Numbered from the whole stretch's first letter, positions 52,479 through 63,988 are shown. The stretch is 63,988 nt of DNA, filler included, from Reticulomyxa filosa (GCA_000512085.1; 22 parts of 22 records of this genome joined end to end with filler, not necessarily neighbours in it); one strand, 5' to 3'. The notes: a model not told the origin generated them from the letters alone. A program made the numbers and translations.

Positions 52479-53435
52479 ATGGACAGCACGCTCGACGCGA
52501 TATTGTCGGATTTGATCGATAAAAAAGTACCCGAGATGGAGGTTCCGTTTCAAGGGGACCATCTATACAAATTTTACTCGCCCGGTAGACGCTCGTTCTT
52601 CAAAGAACCAACAATACGATATACTGTAAAGAGCGGACTCAATGACCCATTTGAACTATCGCCGAGATGGAAATCGCTAATATCTGATGATACTATGCTT
52701 AAAGTTGCAAATTATATGGAAGTTTATACGACAAAGAGACTCGAAGATGCCGATTATCTGATTGGCAGAATGATTGATAGTGGTAAGGTTCCTGCGGATA
52801 TGACCATAAGGAATTTCAAGAGAACTATGAAAACTCGAATGCGGGGAGTTGAGGGAGCGGAAATTAGGCGTAGAATTGTCGATGAATTTTCCGCAACTAT
52901 CCCAAGCCAGCTTCTATTGATGCGGGAAGGTTGGTCGAGTGCGTTAAATGAATTCATATCAAGTACTGGGATATTCTCTGTAACAGAAGATCCGTTGAGC
53001 GATCAGCTTTGGGCGCTTTATGCGGATTGTGGAAGAGGATTTGTAGTTGAACTAAACTGTAGGCATAAATTTTTTATGAATGCCAGTAGAAACATCAGCG
53101 TATTTAAGAAAGTTGTTTACTCTGATCTGAAGTCAGATGAATTTTTTAAGAATCCATACTATCTGTTTCTTGTAAAGAATGCGAAATGGTCATTCGAGAA
53201 TGAATGGCGAGCCATCAAGAATGTGGCTGAGTGTGATTTTAAGAGTGGAGAAGATGTCCATATCTGGAAATTACCTACAGGGGCAATTTCTTCTGTCATT
53301 TTTGGATATAATTATCCAGAATCGACAGTTTCGGAGGATATTTCTAGCATGCTTGATTTTGATAAGAACATAAACGTTAGGCGAGCTTTTGTTGATGAGA
53401 GTTTATCTCGAATCAGCATAGTCGACGTCAGTTGA
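52479..53435 (+). CDS. Bacterial-type DUF2971-like protein
   Basis: Intronless 318 aa with LYKF, LNDPFE, GIFSVTE...LWALYAD..RGFVVE, VVYS, K..WSFENEWR and ISSVIFG. No poly-A/T tracts, and the 3' flank is GC-rich. The frame is open to the contig start, so it may be 5' truncated. Confidence 0.8.
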   Translation: MDSTLDAILSDLIDKKVPEMEVPFQGDHLYKFYSPGRRSFFKEPTIRYTVKSGLNDPFELSPRWKSLISDDTMLKVANYMEVYTTKRLEDADYLIGRMIDSGKVPADMTIRNFKRTMKTRMRGVEGAEIRRRIVDEFSATIPSQLLLMREGWSSALNEFISSTGIFSVTEDPLSDQLWALYADCGRGFVVELNCRHKFFMNASRNISVFKKVVYSDLKSDEFFKNPYYLFLVKNAKWSFENEWRAIKNVAECDFKSGEDVHIWKLPTGAISSVIFGYNYPESTVSEDISSMLDFDKNINVRRAFVDESLSRISIVDVS

Positions 53436-53647
53436 GGTGGGCGTCGAGCGACCACTGCGCCGATGGTGGGGCGGCGGCAATATGGGATGCATACTTGTGC
53501 CCAACAGTGGGGTCATAAACTCGCGCTCCCACCCGCGCTGCATCAAGNNNNNNNNNNNNNNNNNNNNNNNNNNNNNNNNNNNNNNNNNNNNTTAATTAAT
53601 TAANNNNNNNNNNNNNNNNNNNNNNNNNNNNNNNNNNNNNNNNNNNN

Positions 53648-53686
53648 GTGGCATTTTAGGTGTCAACTTTCTTTTTTATCTTACTG
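53648..53686. repeat. Terminal part of the Tc1/MITE right TIR
   Basis: GTGGCATTTTAGGTGTCAACTTT...TTACTG|TA at the contig start. Confidence 0.6.
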
Positions 53687-55639
53687 TATGATGTCTGAGA
53701 TCATTCAAAAGCCAGTTTTTACTTTTGTTTCTTTTCTTTTTCTCCGACGTTTTGGGGGAAGGAGTTGAGTATGGACTTGGAATTTGAAATTATTTCAAAA
53801 TCAGTGTACAAGATTCAATAATAGATAACAAATGGATGATATTTTAAAACATTTTATCGGTCAATTGTATGTAAACAATATTATTAAAGATGATAAGTTT
53901 GATCATTATCTGGCTTGCGATTTGTTATTGCTATTTTTTTTTCTAGAGATTTGCACTTTTTACTAATTATTATTATTTTTTTTTGTATAACAACATTAGT
54001 TTGTTGTATCTTTTTCCAAACAAATCGATTATCAGCAAAGTACGTGATAATTATTTACTTACAATGTGATATTTTTAAAACTCCCTATAAAAAAAGTAAA
54101 CAATCAAATTCAAAAGAACGCTTTATCATTATTTGATTTTTTCAAAAAAATTAGTACAAACAATTTATTTTAATTTCATGATTATGGTACATAAGCACAT
54201 GATATGTAAATAATTTAAAAAAAAGAAATTTGATTAATTGTAGTTGTAATATTTGCAATACTTTCTAAATATATATTCCAATTTTATATTTTCAAGTAAC
54301 ATATAGGAACATTGAGACGACTAAGTGTAATACGAAAAGAACTTAGTTCCAAAAAAGCAAATTCAGTAAAAGGAAATTAAATTAATAAAAATAATCTCAA
54401 CACAATAAAGGAAAACACAAAAGTGAGTTGTATTCGCTAATTTGAAATCCATTCACTTTTGCTCAGATTCGTATTTGTATTCATACAAGAAAAAATGATA
54501 TTGTCGTCAATATTACTATTTCTTTTTTTAATAAACATCTTTCTCACTCCTATCCTCTAGTTTGACGCAAAAAAAAAATCTGCTAATTGTCGTCTTTTCT
54601 TCAAATAATTTAACAAAATAATATCTTTTTCTGCTCTAAATAAAAATTTTTATAAAAATAAAAAAGTCTTCATTAGCCAAAATATACTTTATTCTGGATT
54701 TTTGAGTAATGAAAGAAAAATATCACCAACTTGTAATAGAACAATGTTTTATTAAGTTCATTTTCGATATCAAACATTATAATCTATTTACCAATGTGCT
54801 GTTCACCAAAATATTGCAAAATACCACAAAAGATAATCCAATTTACTCAAAATCAAATATTTAATATGCAAATGTTAAACATATACTTCATTTCCTATCC
54901 CATATGTATGGCTAAGACCTTTGTGTACAAATACACAGAGAATTGGAGCGTAGATATCAACAAAATTGTTAAATATTCATTAATTTGATAGCAAACTTAT
55001 CAATATATTATAAACTTGTGTATTCCCTTTTCTTTAAGAAAATATTTGTGCAAGATCATTTATATATATATACATATATTAATTTTCTTGCAAAAATATT
55101 ACATTTATATTTATGTTTTCAGTTTGAAGAAAGAAAGTGGATATTGATTGAACGTTAGATATTTATATAAGTAACAACATTTTTATCATTTAATATTACT
55201 GTTTTTTAAAAATAATAATAAAAAAAAAGTCAACAATCAAATTCTCGATGATCATGCAAGTGATCTCAATTAATTTTAAAAAATTATTTCACAAAAGAAT
55301 ATGATTGATTCAAATATATTTACAATGTAAGATATTTGAACGTGTGTCTTTCTATACCCTTTTTAATAATCTAATAAAAAAAAACATTATAAAGTTATAT
55401 TTTTTCCCCTTACTTTGGATAAAGAAAAAGATCTGAATAAAAAATGTCAAAGGTTTGTTATGTAAACTTTTTAAAAAAAATGAAGTTTGTTTTTATTTTT
55501 GAAAACACGCAAATTGGAATTAGTTTTAAATATAAACTGGAGTTTCTCCTAAAATAAAATAAAAAAAATAGATAAAAATTAGACATATGAAAACGAAGAA
55601 TTAGATTTTAAAATAAAAAAATTAAAAGGTGATAAAACT

Positions 55640-57376
55640 ATGTCAAGCAAGGATAAAGATACAATATGAGATGATTTGTTAGAGTTTATCAAAGAAGAAT
55701 TAAATTTGTCTGAAACATCTCGTTTTATATTGGTGAATGAGGACAACGAAAATGATCAAATTGAAGATGCAGATGAATTGTGTGAACATTGGAACGAATT
55801 TGCGAATAGACACATGAAAAATTGCGTTGTTAGCATGGTCTGTGTTGTTTTTGTTTTTGATTATTTTTGTTGCAGTATTTTTTATTTATTTAAAAAAATG
55901 AAAATAGATTTGTTTGGTAATCAAAGGAAAAAAAAGAGTATTGACATGGTATCCAAAAGGAGCAAATAGTACTGACTTTCAAAACAATATAAAAAAAGAA
56001 AATTGGATAAACATTTGGAAGATTTGATAAAAATGATAAAAATATTGGATGGAGAAAATATTGAAAAGTGGAAATGATCTAAAAAAAATATGGAGTGACC
56101 GATATGGTGATGGGCAATCATGTTCGTTTGTGTTGAATGTGGTTGAAAAAAAAAAGAGACAGAAGGAGGAGAGAGTGATAACGAAGAGAGTATGAAGGAG
56201 ACAGCCCAAAGAAACACTGAAGAAGATAATAAACGCGAAGACAATAGTAAAAAAGATAACAAAAGCAAAAGCAAAAAATCTGAAAGTGGAAATAGAGTGA
56301 CGGAAGACGACAACAACGATGATAGAAAGAATGAGGCAGCAAAAAAGTGTCTAAAAATGAAAGTGTTAGTGAACATGAAAGTAGAAATAAGAATAAGAAT
56401 AAAAAAAAAATGAAAGTGATAATAATAATAATAAAAGAATAGAACTGGAAAAAAAGTGTCTAAAAATGAAAGTGAAGGTGAAAGTGAAAATGAAAGTGGA
56501 AATAAGAAGAAAGACAAGACTGGAAAGAAAAAGAAAAACTCTGATGATGCTAATAATAATAGTGATGATTATAAACATAATAACAAACGTAAGGCTGGAA
56601 AGAAAAAGAAAAACTCTGATAATGATAGTGATGATGATAAACATAATAACAAGCACAAAACCAAAAAAATTAAAAATGAAGATAATAGCTCTGCTGGCGA
56701 AAAAGTTAGTAAAAGAAAAAAAAGAAAACAAAGATAATGATAACAGTAATAATATGAACAAAAAAAACCGGAGCCAGTCGATCCAGAGTGGGATAGAATA
56801 TTCCCAATATACAAAACAAAAGATCCAGAGCCACTGGCATTAACTAACGGCAATGAAGTTGAACAAATCTCCATAAAGGGTAATCTGAAAATAAAAAAAG
56901 CTATCGAATGCATTCAATTCCATAGTCGATTGGCGGTGTTTAAAGATGATTTCAAATATAAAGATCAAGTGAATTCTGAAATCAAAATATATTGTCTGAA
57001 TATTCAACAAGCAGCAGTTGAAATATTCAAAACGTATGGCACAATGGGAACTAATTTCTTAATGGCACAGACGATTGTTCAATGGAAACCACAAAAAGTA
57101 GAGTCAGTCGAAGCAAAAGTGTTTTGGGACGGTGTCATATGCGCTTGCAGCGAAGTGGTCACTCAGTTAATGAGCACCATTCGATTGGGGGCAGAATTTC
57201 AACAAGCATTAGCCGTAGTGCGATCAGACATAGTTAATTTTATAGATAGCTGTTCGTATGGTGAAAATATTTCATTTGCAATCCAAGGATTAAATATCCA
57301 ACTGGACAAATTTAAAGAGTATCAAAATAAGGTTGGTCTGTTCGTGGAAAAGACTGAAAAAGAAGTTGACAAGTAA
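55640..57376 (+). pseudogene. Decayed hypothetical gene with charged low-complexity middle and internal duplications
   Basis: ORFs 55676-55969, 56192-56413, 56456-56737 and 56930-57376 lie in shifting frames. AAAAAAGTGTCTAAAAATGAAAGTG and CTGGAAAGAAAAAGAAAAACTCTGAT each occur twice. Confidence 0.4.
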
Positions 57377-57959
57377 CTATTTCATTCATTGCTTAAAAGA
57401 GGAAAGTGAATGAATTTGTGTGTCATATTCAAAACCACTTGGAATAATTGCAACAAAATTAAATGTGAGACAAATGAATGAGGTTTTTAATGATTGACAA
57501 ATAGTCTAAACGATGAAAATTTTTATGTGATTTTATGCGCAGAATCACTTGACATACTTTCAACAAAATTAAATGAAAAAGAATTGGAAAAGATATTTTA
57601 TACTTTGATAAAGAAGAGATAGTTGTAGAAATGAAATCAGGAATCAATTTACAAGATTATTACAAAAAAGTTTCTGAGTGGATAAGATGTGGCATTTACT
57701 TTGGACCAAATGTCCTATTATTGATAATCGCATTGATTATAAAAGTAATTTGGATTGGAATAAGATATGCATATATTACAAGTATTTATCAAAGCTGGGT
57801 AAGGTGTAAACAAAGTTAATGTTTAAAAGATTATTCCAATAACGATTCAAAAAAAAATTTGCTCAACGTATTTCAATAATATTTGATTAAAAAAGTTCAA
57901 AGTAGGAGACCTCAAAATATACATTATAAATGTTTAGTTAGGTGATCTTTTCAGTGGTA

Positions 57960-59003
57960 TTGCATAATTGGCTTGCTCCAGTAGCGGGCTATAATAACGG
58001 ACAAGCCCAATTGCCAGCTTTGGAGTGGAATACGTGGTGCAGTACTTTTTTCTGCGGGTCCGACCTTTGCAGCGAGACCCAAGTTTGATAAAAAGAGAAA
58101 TTTTGTGAACATATCAAAGAGAAAAAAAAGCAAACTTTGCAGGTTGTGGAAACAGCGCAGGCAATGTTAAAGAATGGGATGTACGGCTTGGGATACAAGC
58201 ACATCAACTTAGATGACTGTTGTACAGGCGTGCATGTGAGTTGCGCCATTGCGTAAAAAAAATAAATTATTTTGTATGATGTGCAAAAAAAAAAAAGCGG
58301 AAACACGTGATGCAAATGAAAATTTGCAAGCAGACAAGCAACGTTTTCCGCCAGGGATAAGGAACGACTTGTACAACACACAGGAACAGCACACCGAGTT
58401 TGGCGAGGCGTTGAACAACACCGGACGAAGCATGTGGCTGGAGCTGTGTCGTGGTTATGGCTATCCCCCTCCTCCTTACGTAGCCCAAGTGACCAACAGC
58501 TGGAGAGTGACTGGCGACTATCATGGTCATTGGAGATCCATTTTGGTTGCCATTGAATCCGTAGCTGGACAAACCCACTCTGAGTATCGCTCTGAGTTTG
58601 CCATTTGGGGTATCACTGCTTCCCATTTAATCGTCGCCACTGATGTGCGCAATATAATCGATATCATGAATCAAGTGCTGCTCAATCAGGAAATATTCAC
58701 TATTAATCAACAGAATGAAACCTCTGATGGAGTTCGCTTGGACATCAACTTCCGCGCTCAGAATCAAACGAATACAAGTTGTCAGGTGTGGACCAGGGCG
58801 CTGTTCGATGGCATGGTCACCGTTTGCTGTTTAACACTACCGATCAACAGTCCATTCGCGTTCTGTTGAATCAGGTCAACCATTCGTGGAATAATCAAAC
58901 CACGGACGCAGTCAGAGACTTGTGGCACACCAAGATCTTGCAACGTTCACTGGACAGCTCCAAGCTAATGTCGATCGGCATGACAATGCCTTTGTCGTTA
59001 TGA
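57960..59003 (+). pseudogene. GH27 alpha-galactosidase remnant with internal deletions
   Basis: WNTW, ETAQAMLKNGM..LGYKHINLDDC, RDANENLQADKQRFP, EALNNTGRSM, NSWRVTGD, EYRSEFAIW, EIFTINQ and VRDLW. The KFGLY...WGVDYLKxD block is absent. Confidence 0.8.
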
Positions 59004-59694
59004 AAGCCAATAAATGTCAATAGATTATTGTTATTGTTTTTTTTCATCAGATAAAATGTAAAAATAAAAAATTTTGTTTCAACATTAAGATATCAGCAAA
59101 TAAATATGTTTTTAAATTAGCAAAAAATATTTTGAAAGAAAAATGAAAAAAACATCGTTAAAACGTCTAACAATTACTTTTTTAATTAAAAAAAATAATT
59201 CTATTTACGAGATTACACAGATCGGCCACAAGGGCTTTACGAGCAACCAATGTGAGAGTGCTGAGGCAGTTAGTGCATGTCGCAAACAGAAATTTTTTTA
59301 TAAGTCCTTTTTGAGGTAGTTACAAACCTCATTATGGTCCTGGTCCCTTACCTTTTACAATATTTCATGCATCATACTTTTTTTTTTGCCACAAAATTGT
59401 TTAGAAATTTAAACTTAGTGTTTTGATTCGACTATCTTTATTCAAATAATTTTGAAATTTCTTATCATTGTGATATTCGCATCTTCAAAAGGAAAAAATT
59501 GCATTGTTTCAAATATTTATTTGAGATGAACAAAAAAATGCAGGCAAAAAGTCTGCTTTACAAACAACTGAGCATTTTGTGTTTTGTTCAAATTGTGAAA
59601 TAAAACATGATCTAAAAAAAGGGTGCTGATTGCTTAAAAAAAAAAACAAAATTAAAAACACTTTCGTAAAATATTATTTTCTTTACTTTCAGAA

Positions 59695-59975
59695 ACTTCC
59701 ATTTTATCAATTCAAAGTTCACGAAAGACAGGTAAAGAAGAAAGTATACTGCCTCCAATCAATACACTATATTTTCTATCATTCGGAGCCTCTACATATA
59801 CGAGATCTTGATTAAATGGAACAAGATTTTTAAGTTCTATTTAATACGTTCTTTCATATTTGGAAACAAAGTGTTTCCTCCAGATAGCACAATATTACCA
59901 TATAATTCTTTTTTTAAATGAAGACAATGTTATTAACTCACATTAACTCTGGATTAAACATGACTTCTGGATAAG
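59695..59975 (-). pseudogene. Actin/actin-related protein C-terminal remnant (not in ORF track)
   Basis: YPEVMFNPE...KELYGNIVLSGGNTLFPNMKERI[frameshift]ELKNLVP...EAPNDRKYSVLIGGSILSSLPVFREL*IDKME. Confidence 0.85.
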
Positions 59976-60182
59976 CAGATTATTATATTCTCTTTTTTTT
60001 TTTAAAAAAAGGATCCATTAAAACATTGTTTTGTTTTTGTACATCAATCATATTTTAAATTTGTAAATCCTTGTGTTCCTCTTGCAAGTTGTCGTTATTT
60101 CTGTTGTTTGTAATGTGTTCACAATATTATTACCACAACATTGACGAGATAATGGATGAAAATATAAAAAATAAAATTATCA

Positions 60183-60345
60183 GATGCTTGACGATTTCCA
60201 ACAAGTCGTCTCCAAGGAAATAGAAGCGAAGAAATTTTTCGCGCTTTTCCTCCAAAAATTCAGTCAATGCTTTTTGACATCTTTCCAATTGATCGAACAT
60301 GGCAGGCAAGGAGCAAAGAACACTTACATTTGTGATGGAATTGTT
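60183..60345 (-). pseudogene. Dynein heavy chain linker fragment, most like cytoplasmic dynein-2 (not in ORF track)
   Basis: [34 protein letters not shown], against the dynein-2 pattern DQLxRCQKxLNEFLEEKRxxFPRFYFIGDDDLLEILG recalled from memory. Confidence 0.8.
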
Positions 60346-61091
60346 TGAATGTAATCCAACGCGAATATAATAACGATATTTAATTTCATCCCCTTCTTGG
60401 ATTTTCCATTTTGTGCCGTTTAGATTGTTCTTTGCTTGCGTATTGTTCTATTGCAATCACACACGCTTTTTTTTATCATATATAGTAAGGATGCCTTTAA
60501 TGTACTAAGTGTTATCAGTTTGGAAATCATACATGAAGAATAAAAAGGATTATCTTTTTTTTGAAACAAGCCAATCCTTTATCGAAAAAAAATTTTTTCC
60601 CCATGCAAAAAAGGGCAAAGTGTTAACTTTTCAAAATAAAAAGACTTTGCAACATTATATATAAAATGACCTTGATTAAAAAAACGCCAAAATCAAACAA
60701 ACGAGCAAACTTTTGTCATCCTTTGTGCATTGCATTGTGTTGAAATTATAATAAAAATATTTCAGTTAAATTTATTTTGTAATAAAGATAAAAGCGAGTG
60801 TATACAATATCTTTCGACAATACTTTGCACTTAGAATTGTTTTTGTATGTTGGAAAGTGATAAGATTAAGCATTCATTTTATCCAATACAAAGAACAATG
60901 ACAAAAAAACAATTTTTGAAAATAAGGATTATTATGTAAATATGTTGCTTGATTTATGTTCATTATATTTTGTTGGACCACGGGTTACTTCNNNNNNNNN
61001 NNNNNNNNNNNNNNNNNNNNNNNNNNNNNNNNNNNTTAATTAATTAANNNNNNNNNNNNNNNNNNNNNNNNNNNNNNNNNNNNNNNNNNNN

Positions 61092-61127
<36 letters not shown>

Positions 61128-62887
61128 GTAACAATTTTACAATAGAGGCAATAACAGACAACCCTGCAGTGTCAACGGCATTGCTAAATACCAAAGACGG
61201 ACTGCCTCCTCAGGCCATTCGCTTTGATGTGAAAATCCCATCCAATGCCAAGATCAAACAGATAATCGATCGGACTGCCGTGTATGTGTCGCAGTTTGGT
61301 TTGGACTTTGAAGAAATGATCGCGGAGAAGGAAAAAGACAACGACTGCTTTTCGTTTTTGCAAGCCAAGTCGGTCGATCACATTTTCTATCGCTGGCGCG
61401 TCTATTCGCTTTGCATGGGGATTCCTTACACCAATGGCGCATCATGCCGTTTCAAATCATCCAAAACGGCCCGTTCTGGGTCCCTCCCAGCATTCCTCTT
61501 GAGCCGGATCTGTCCTTTGAGGATTTGCTCGAAAAGGAAAAGGCTAGCAGTCAAAAGCGAGAAATATATCGAGAGTGCATTTTCAGTGAAAGCGATCATG
61601 ACGGCGATCGTGATCGTGACCGTGGTCGAGATAGAGATAGAGATAGAGATCGTGATCGTGATCGTGATGACCGTGATCGCGATCGAGACCGAGATCGAGA
61701 TCGAGATCGAGATCGAGGAATCAGTCATGGTTATGGATATGGTCAACATACACATAGTCGTAATCATAGTCAAAGTCAAAGTCCAAGTCCAAGTCTGAGT
61801 CAAAGTCAAAGTCAAAGTCAAAACCAAAACCAAAACCAAGGCCGTGTTCGTGGACATACTCGCAGTCACAGTCAAAGCAGGAGCACGAGCAGAAGTAGAA
61901 GCAGAAGCAGAAGCAAAAGCAAAAGTCAAAGTCAAAGTCAAAGTCGTGCTCGAAACAGAAATGCCAATCGCAATTGGAGTCATAGTCGCAGTCGTAGTCG
62001 TAGTCGTAGTCGCAGTCCGAGTGATAGTCACAGTCACAGTCACAGTCGAAGTCGCAGTCGAAGCGATAATCGACTCCGGGATGCTCGAGACAAACGCAGA
62101 AAAGACACTGCCAATTTTAACGCTGCTAACAATAATAACGCAGGCAGAGAGAAAGATCTAAAATCCCGTATGCCACTAGACAAATTGTCCGATAACACGG
62201 ACGGATTGGATCGTGATGATAGTCGATTGAGAGGATTTGAGGTACATATATACATATACATATACATATATATGTACATATATACATATACATATACATA
62301 TATATGTACATATATACATATACATATATGTATATACATATGCATATATACTTATGTGTATGCATATACATATATATAATTTGAATAGAACAACAGAAAA
62401 AGACTACCTTCACGACCATTGTCCGACAAAGACAGAGACAAATTCATGAGTTTGTTGCAACTCTTGACTCCATACCGTTACAAGATCAAAGAGGCAATGA
62501 TATTCTGTTTGGACCACAGCAATCAGGCCGCTGAAATTGTTGAAATCTTGACCGAGGCTTTGACCATACCAGAGACAGCCATGAAAAGAAAGTCGGCCGC
62601 TTGTTCTTGGTTTCCGATATCTTGTGCAACTGTAACACCGGCGTTGTCAAAAACGCAGCTGCCTTTCGCACTGAGTTTGGGATAATTGAGCCCCTTTTTT
62701 TTTTTTTTTTTTTTTATTAAAAAAAACAATAGGTAAATAATAAACACATAAATAAAATGCACAAATGAATACAATCGGAAAAAAAAAAAAGGTTTCGCAA
62801 GAATTTGAGAGAGATATTTGCCAGTCTGTATCACTGCTACCGAAACTTGGATTCGAAAATGAAACAGCAAGACATGATGGTTACTTT
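61092..62887 (+). CDS. U2SURP: U2 snRNP-associated SURP/CID protein (SR140), internal fragment with two apparent frameshifts
   Basis: SURP domain IIDRTAVYVSQFGLDFE...YRWRVYSL.GD...GPFWVPP. CID domain LTPYRYKIKEAMIFCLDH...LFLVSDILCN...KNAAAFRTEF. Frame slips at about 61418 and 62592. Confidence 0.88.
62245..62378. repeat. (TA/TACA)n microsatellite inside an intron
   Basis: Directly visible. Similar tracts at about 4942-4978 and 31140-31178. Confidence 0.9.
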
Positions 62888-63988
62888 NNNNNNNNNNNNN
62901 NNNNNNNNNNNNNNNNNNNNNNNNNNNNNNNTTAATTAATTAANNNNNNNNNNNNNNNNNNNNNNNNNNNNNNNNNNNNNNNNNNNNAAAAAAAAAAAAA
63001 AAGAACAAAGATGATAAATGAAAGAAAATTTAGATTTGAAATAATTAATTATTTTTTAATATTTAAAAGTGGGTATATCCCGCGCGGGATAACAATATAA
63101 AATTAAGTAAGTTTTTCTCTTTGTGTGTGTTTGTTTGTTTAAAAAATGTTTGTGTTGTTGAATGTCATAGAACCCGAAGGTTAACAACGAAAAAAAGTAT
63201 TTGGAATTACTCAAAATAACGAATTGGGCATGGTCATTGTATTAGTGAATTTTAAAACAATCAATGGAGCAGTTACTCGATTTGACGTTGTTGAAAAGTT
63301 CGTTTCAAATTGTCGTGAAATATTAGTTGTAGCTATTCATAGTGCGGATTCTATTACTGTAGACGATTACTTGCCTCCAGTTAGCAATTTATTCATCTCT
63401 TGACTTTTGGATTGAGCAAATCCTATCAAAAAAATACATGTTTCAAATATAAACACATAATTCATAATAATTAAAGTGGAGCCTGATCACTTGCTATCAC
63501 AATTACAAACAGCAAAGATCGTTAGTAAAAAAAAAAATATCAAGGTAAATATTTTATTGATACGAGTGTGGCGATGAATGCTGTTCATAACTTTACGTAT
63601 TCCATTTTTGGACAAATAACTACGTCTGAGCCATCTACTAATGCTTCTGGCACCGAGAAAAAGCAAGCAACAGAACACATGAAAGTTAGAATCAAGAAAA
63701 TGGTCAATCAAGTAATGAAAATAAAAAGCACTAATCCGGAGAAAGAACATCATTGCGAGAAAATTGTCAATGCCTGTGATGGAAACAAATCAAGCAACAA
63801 TGCACACTCTTCCAGCAAACTTCATCACAGCCACATTGCGAGAATTGTCCAATGTTAGATTGGTTCAATTTGGTGGAGAAGTTGTGCGAAGCAAGAAGAT
63901 GGATATGACAAAGATGAAAAGAAGAAGAAGAATATCGAAAGAATATCGTATTTGATCTGGTTTAAAAAAAAAAAGAAAAAAAATTTGT

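Noticed and set aside
51023-53688. DUF2971 gene as an insertion between a HEAT gene and a Tc1 TIR
   Set aside because: The neighbours are on separate contigs and the adjacency is created by linkers.
8954-59720. Stop-codon reassignment (TGA/TAG read as Trp)
   Set aside because: The stops co-occur with frameshifts in decayed copies. Intact genes (MIOX, Nup98-like, CK2) use TGG for Trp and end in normal stops.
61410-61425. Programmed frameshifting in U2SURP or the WD40 genes
   Set aside because: No slippery heptamer with downstream structure was seen. Sequencing indels or pseudogenisation are simpler explanations.
3610-62987. Regularly recurring TTAATTAATTAA motif as a biological repeat or CRISPR-like array
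   Set aside because: It is always centred in N44 padding and is an artificial six-frame-stop contig linker.
62988-63988. Coding-like pieces in the last contig (ORFs 63568-63858 and 63764-63955)
   Set aside because: Broken frames with no identifiable family, so no call is supportable.

Overview
This window is not a continuous locus. It holds 22 short contigs joined by an artificial 100-nt linker (N44-TTAATTAATTAA-N44, which puts stops in all six frames), so adjacency across linkers means nothing. Almost all contigs are AT-rich, intron-containing eukaryotic DNA. The expanded WD40, Kelch, HEAT and caspase-like families and the heavy pseudogene load resemble the foraminiferan Reticulomyxa filosa (inference, not a search result). 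Recognisable genes: an RNF213-like E3 module, a REJ/polycystin-like fragment, a Nup98-like nucleoporin, myo-inositol oxygenase, a non-canonical poly(A)/nucleotidyltransferase, EMG1/NEP1, CK2 alpha, a VPS37A-like UEV fragment and U2SURP/SR140. Mobile DNA: a decayed Tc1/mariner transposase, a complete MITE and three more ends sharing its TIR, and a LINE endonuclease remnant. One contig (52462-53547) looks bacterial and encodes a DUF2971-like protein. The most striking observation is the Nup98-like gene. It keeps the GLEBS and autopeptidase domains, but its repeats are about 25 WG/WDWG motifs instead of FG/GLFG, and its HF/S cleavage site reads HW/T. Other notable items: an RZ finger whose catalytic-Cys position is Ser, a predominance of GTT splice donors, and patchworks of unrelated gene fragments (dynein-2, actin-like, GH27). 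All family calls come from motif recognition by eye, and most genes are truncated by contig ends.
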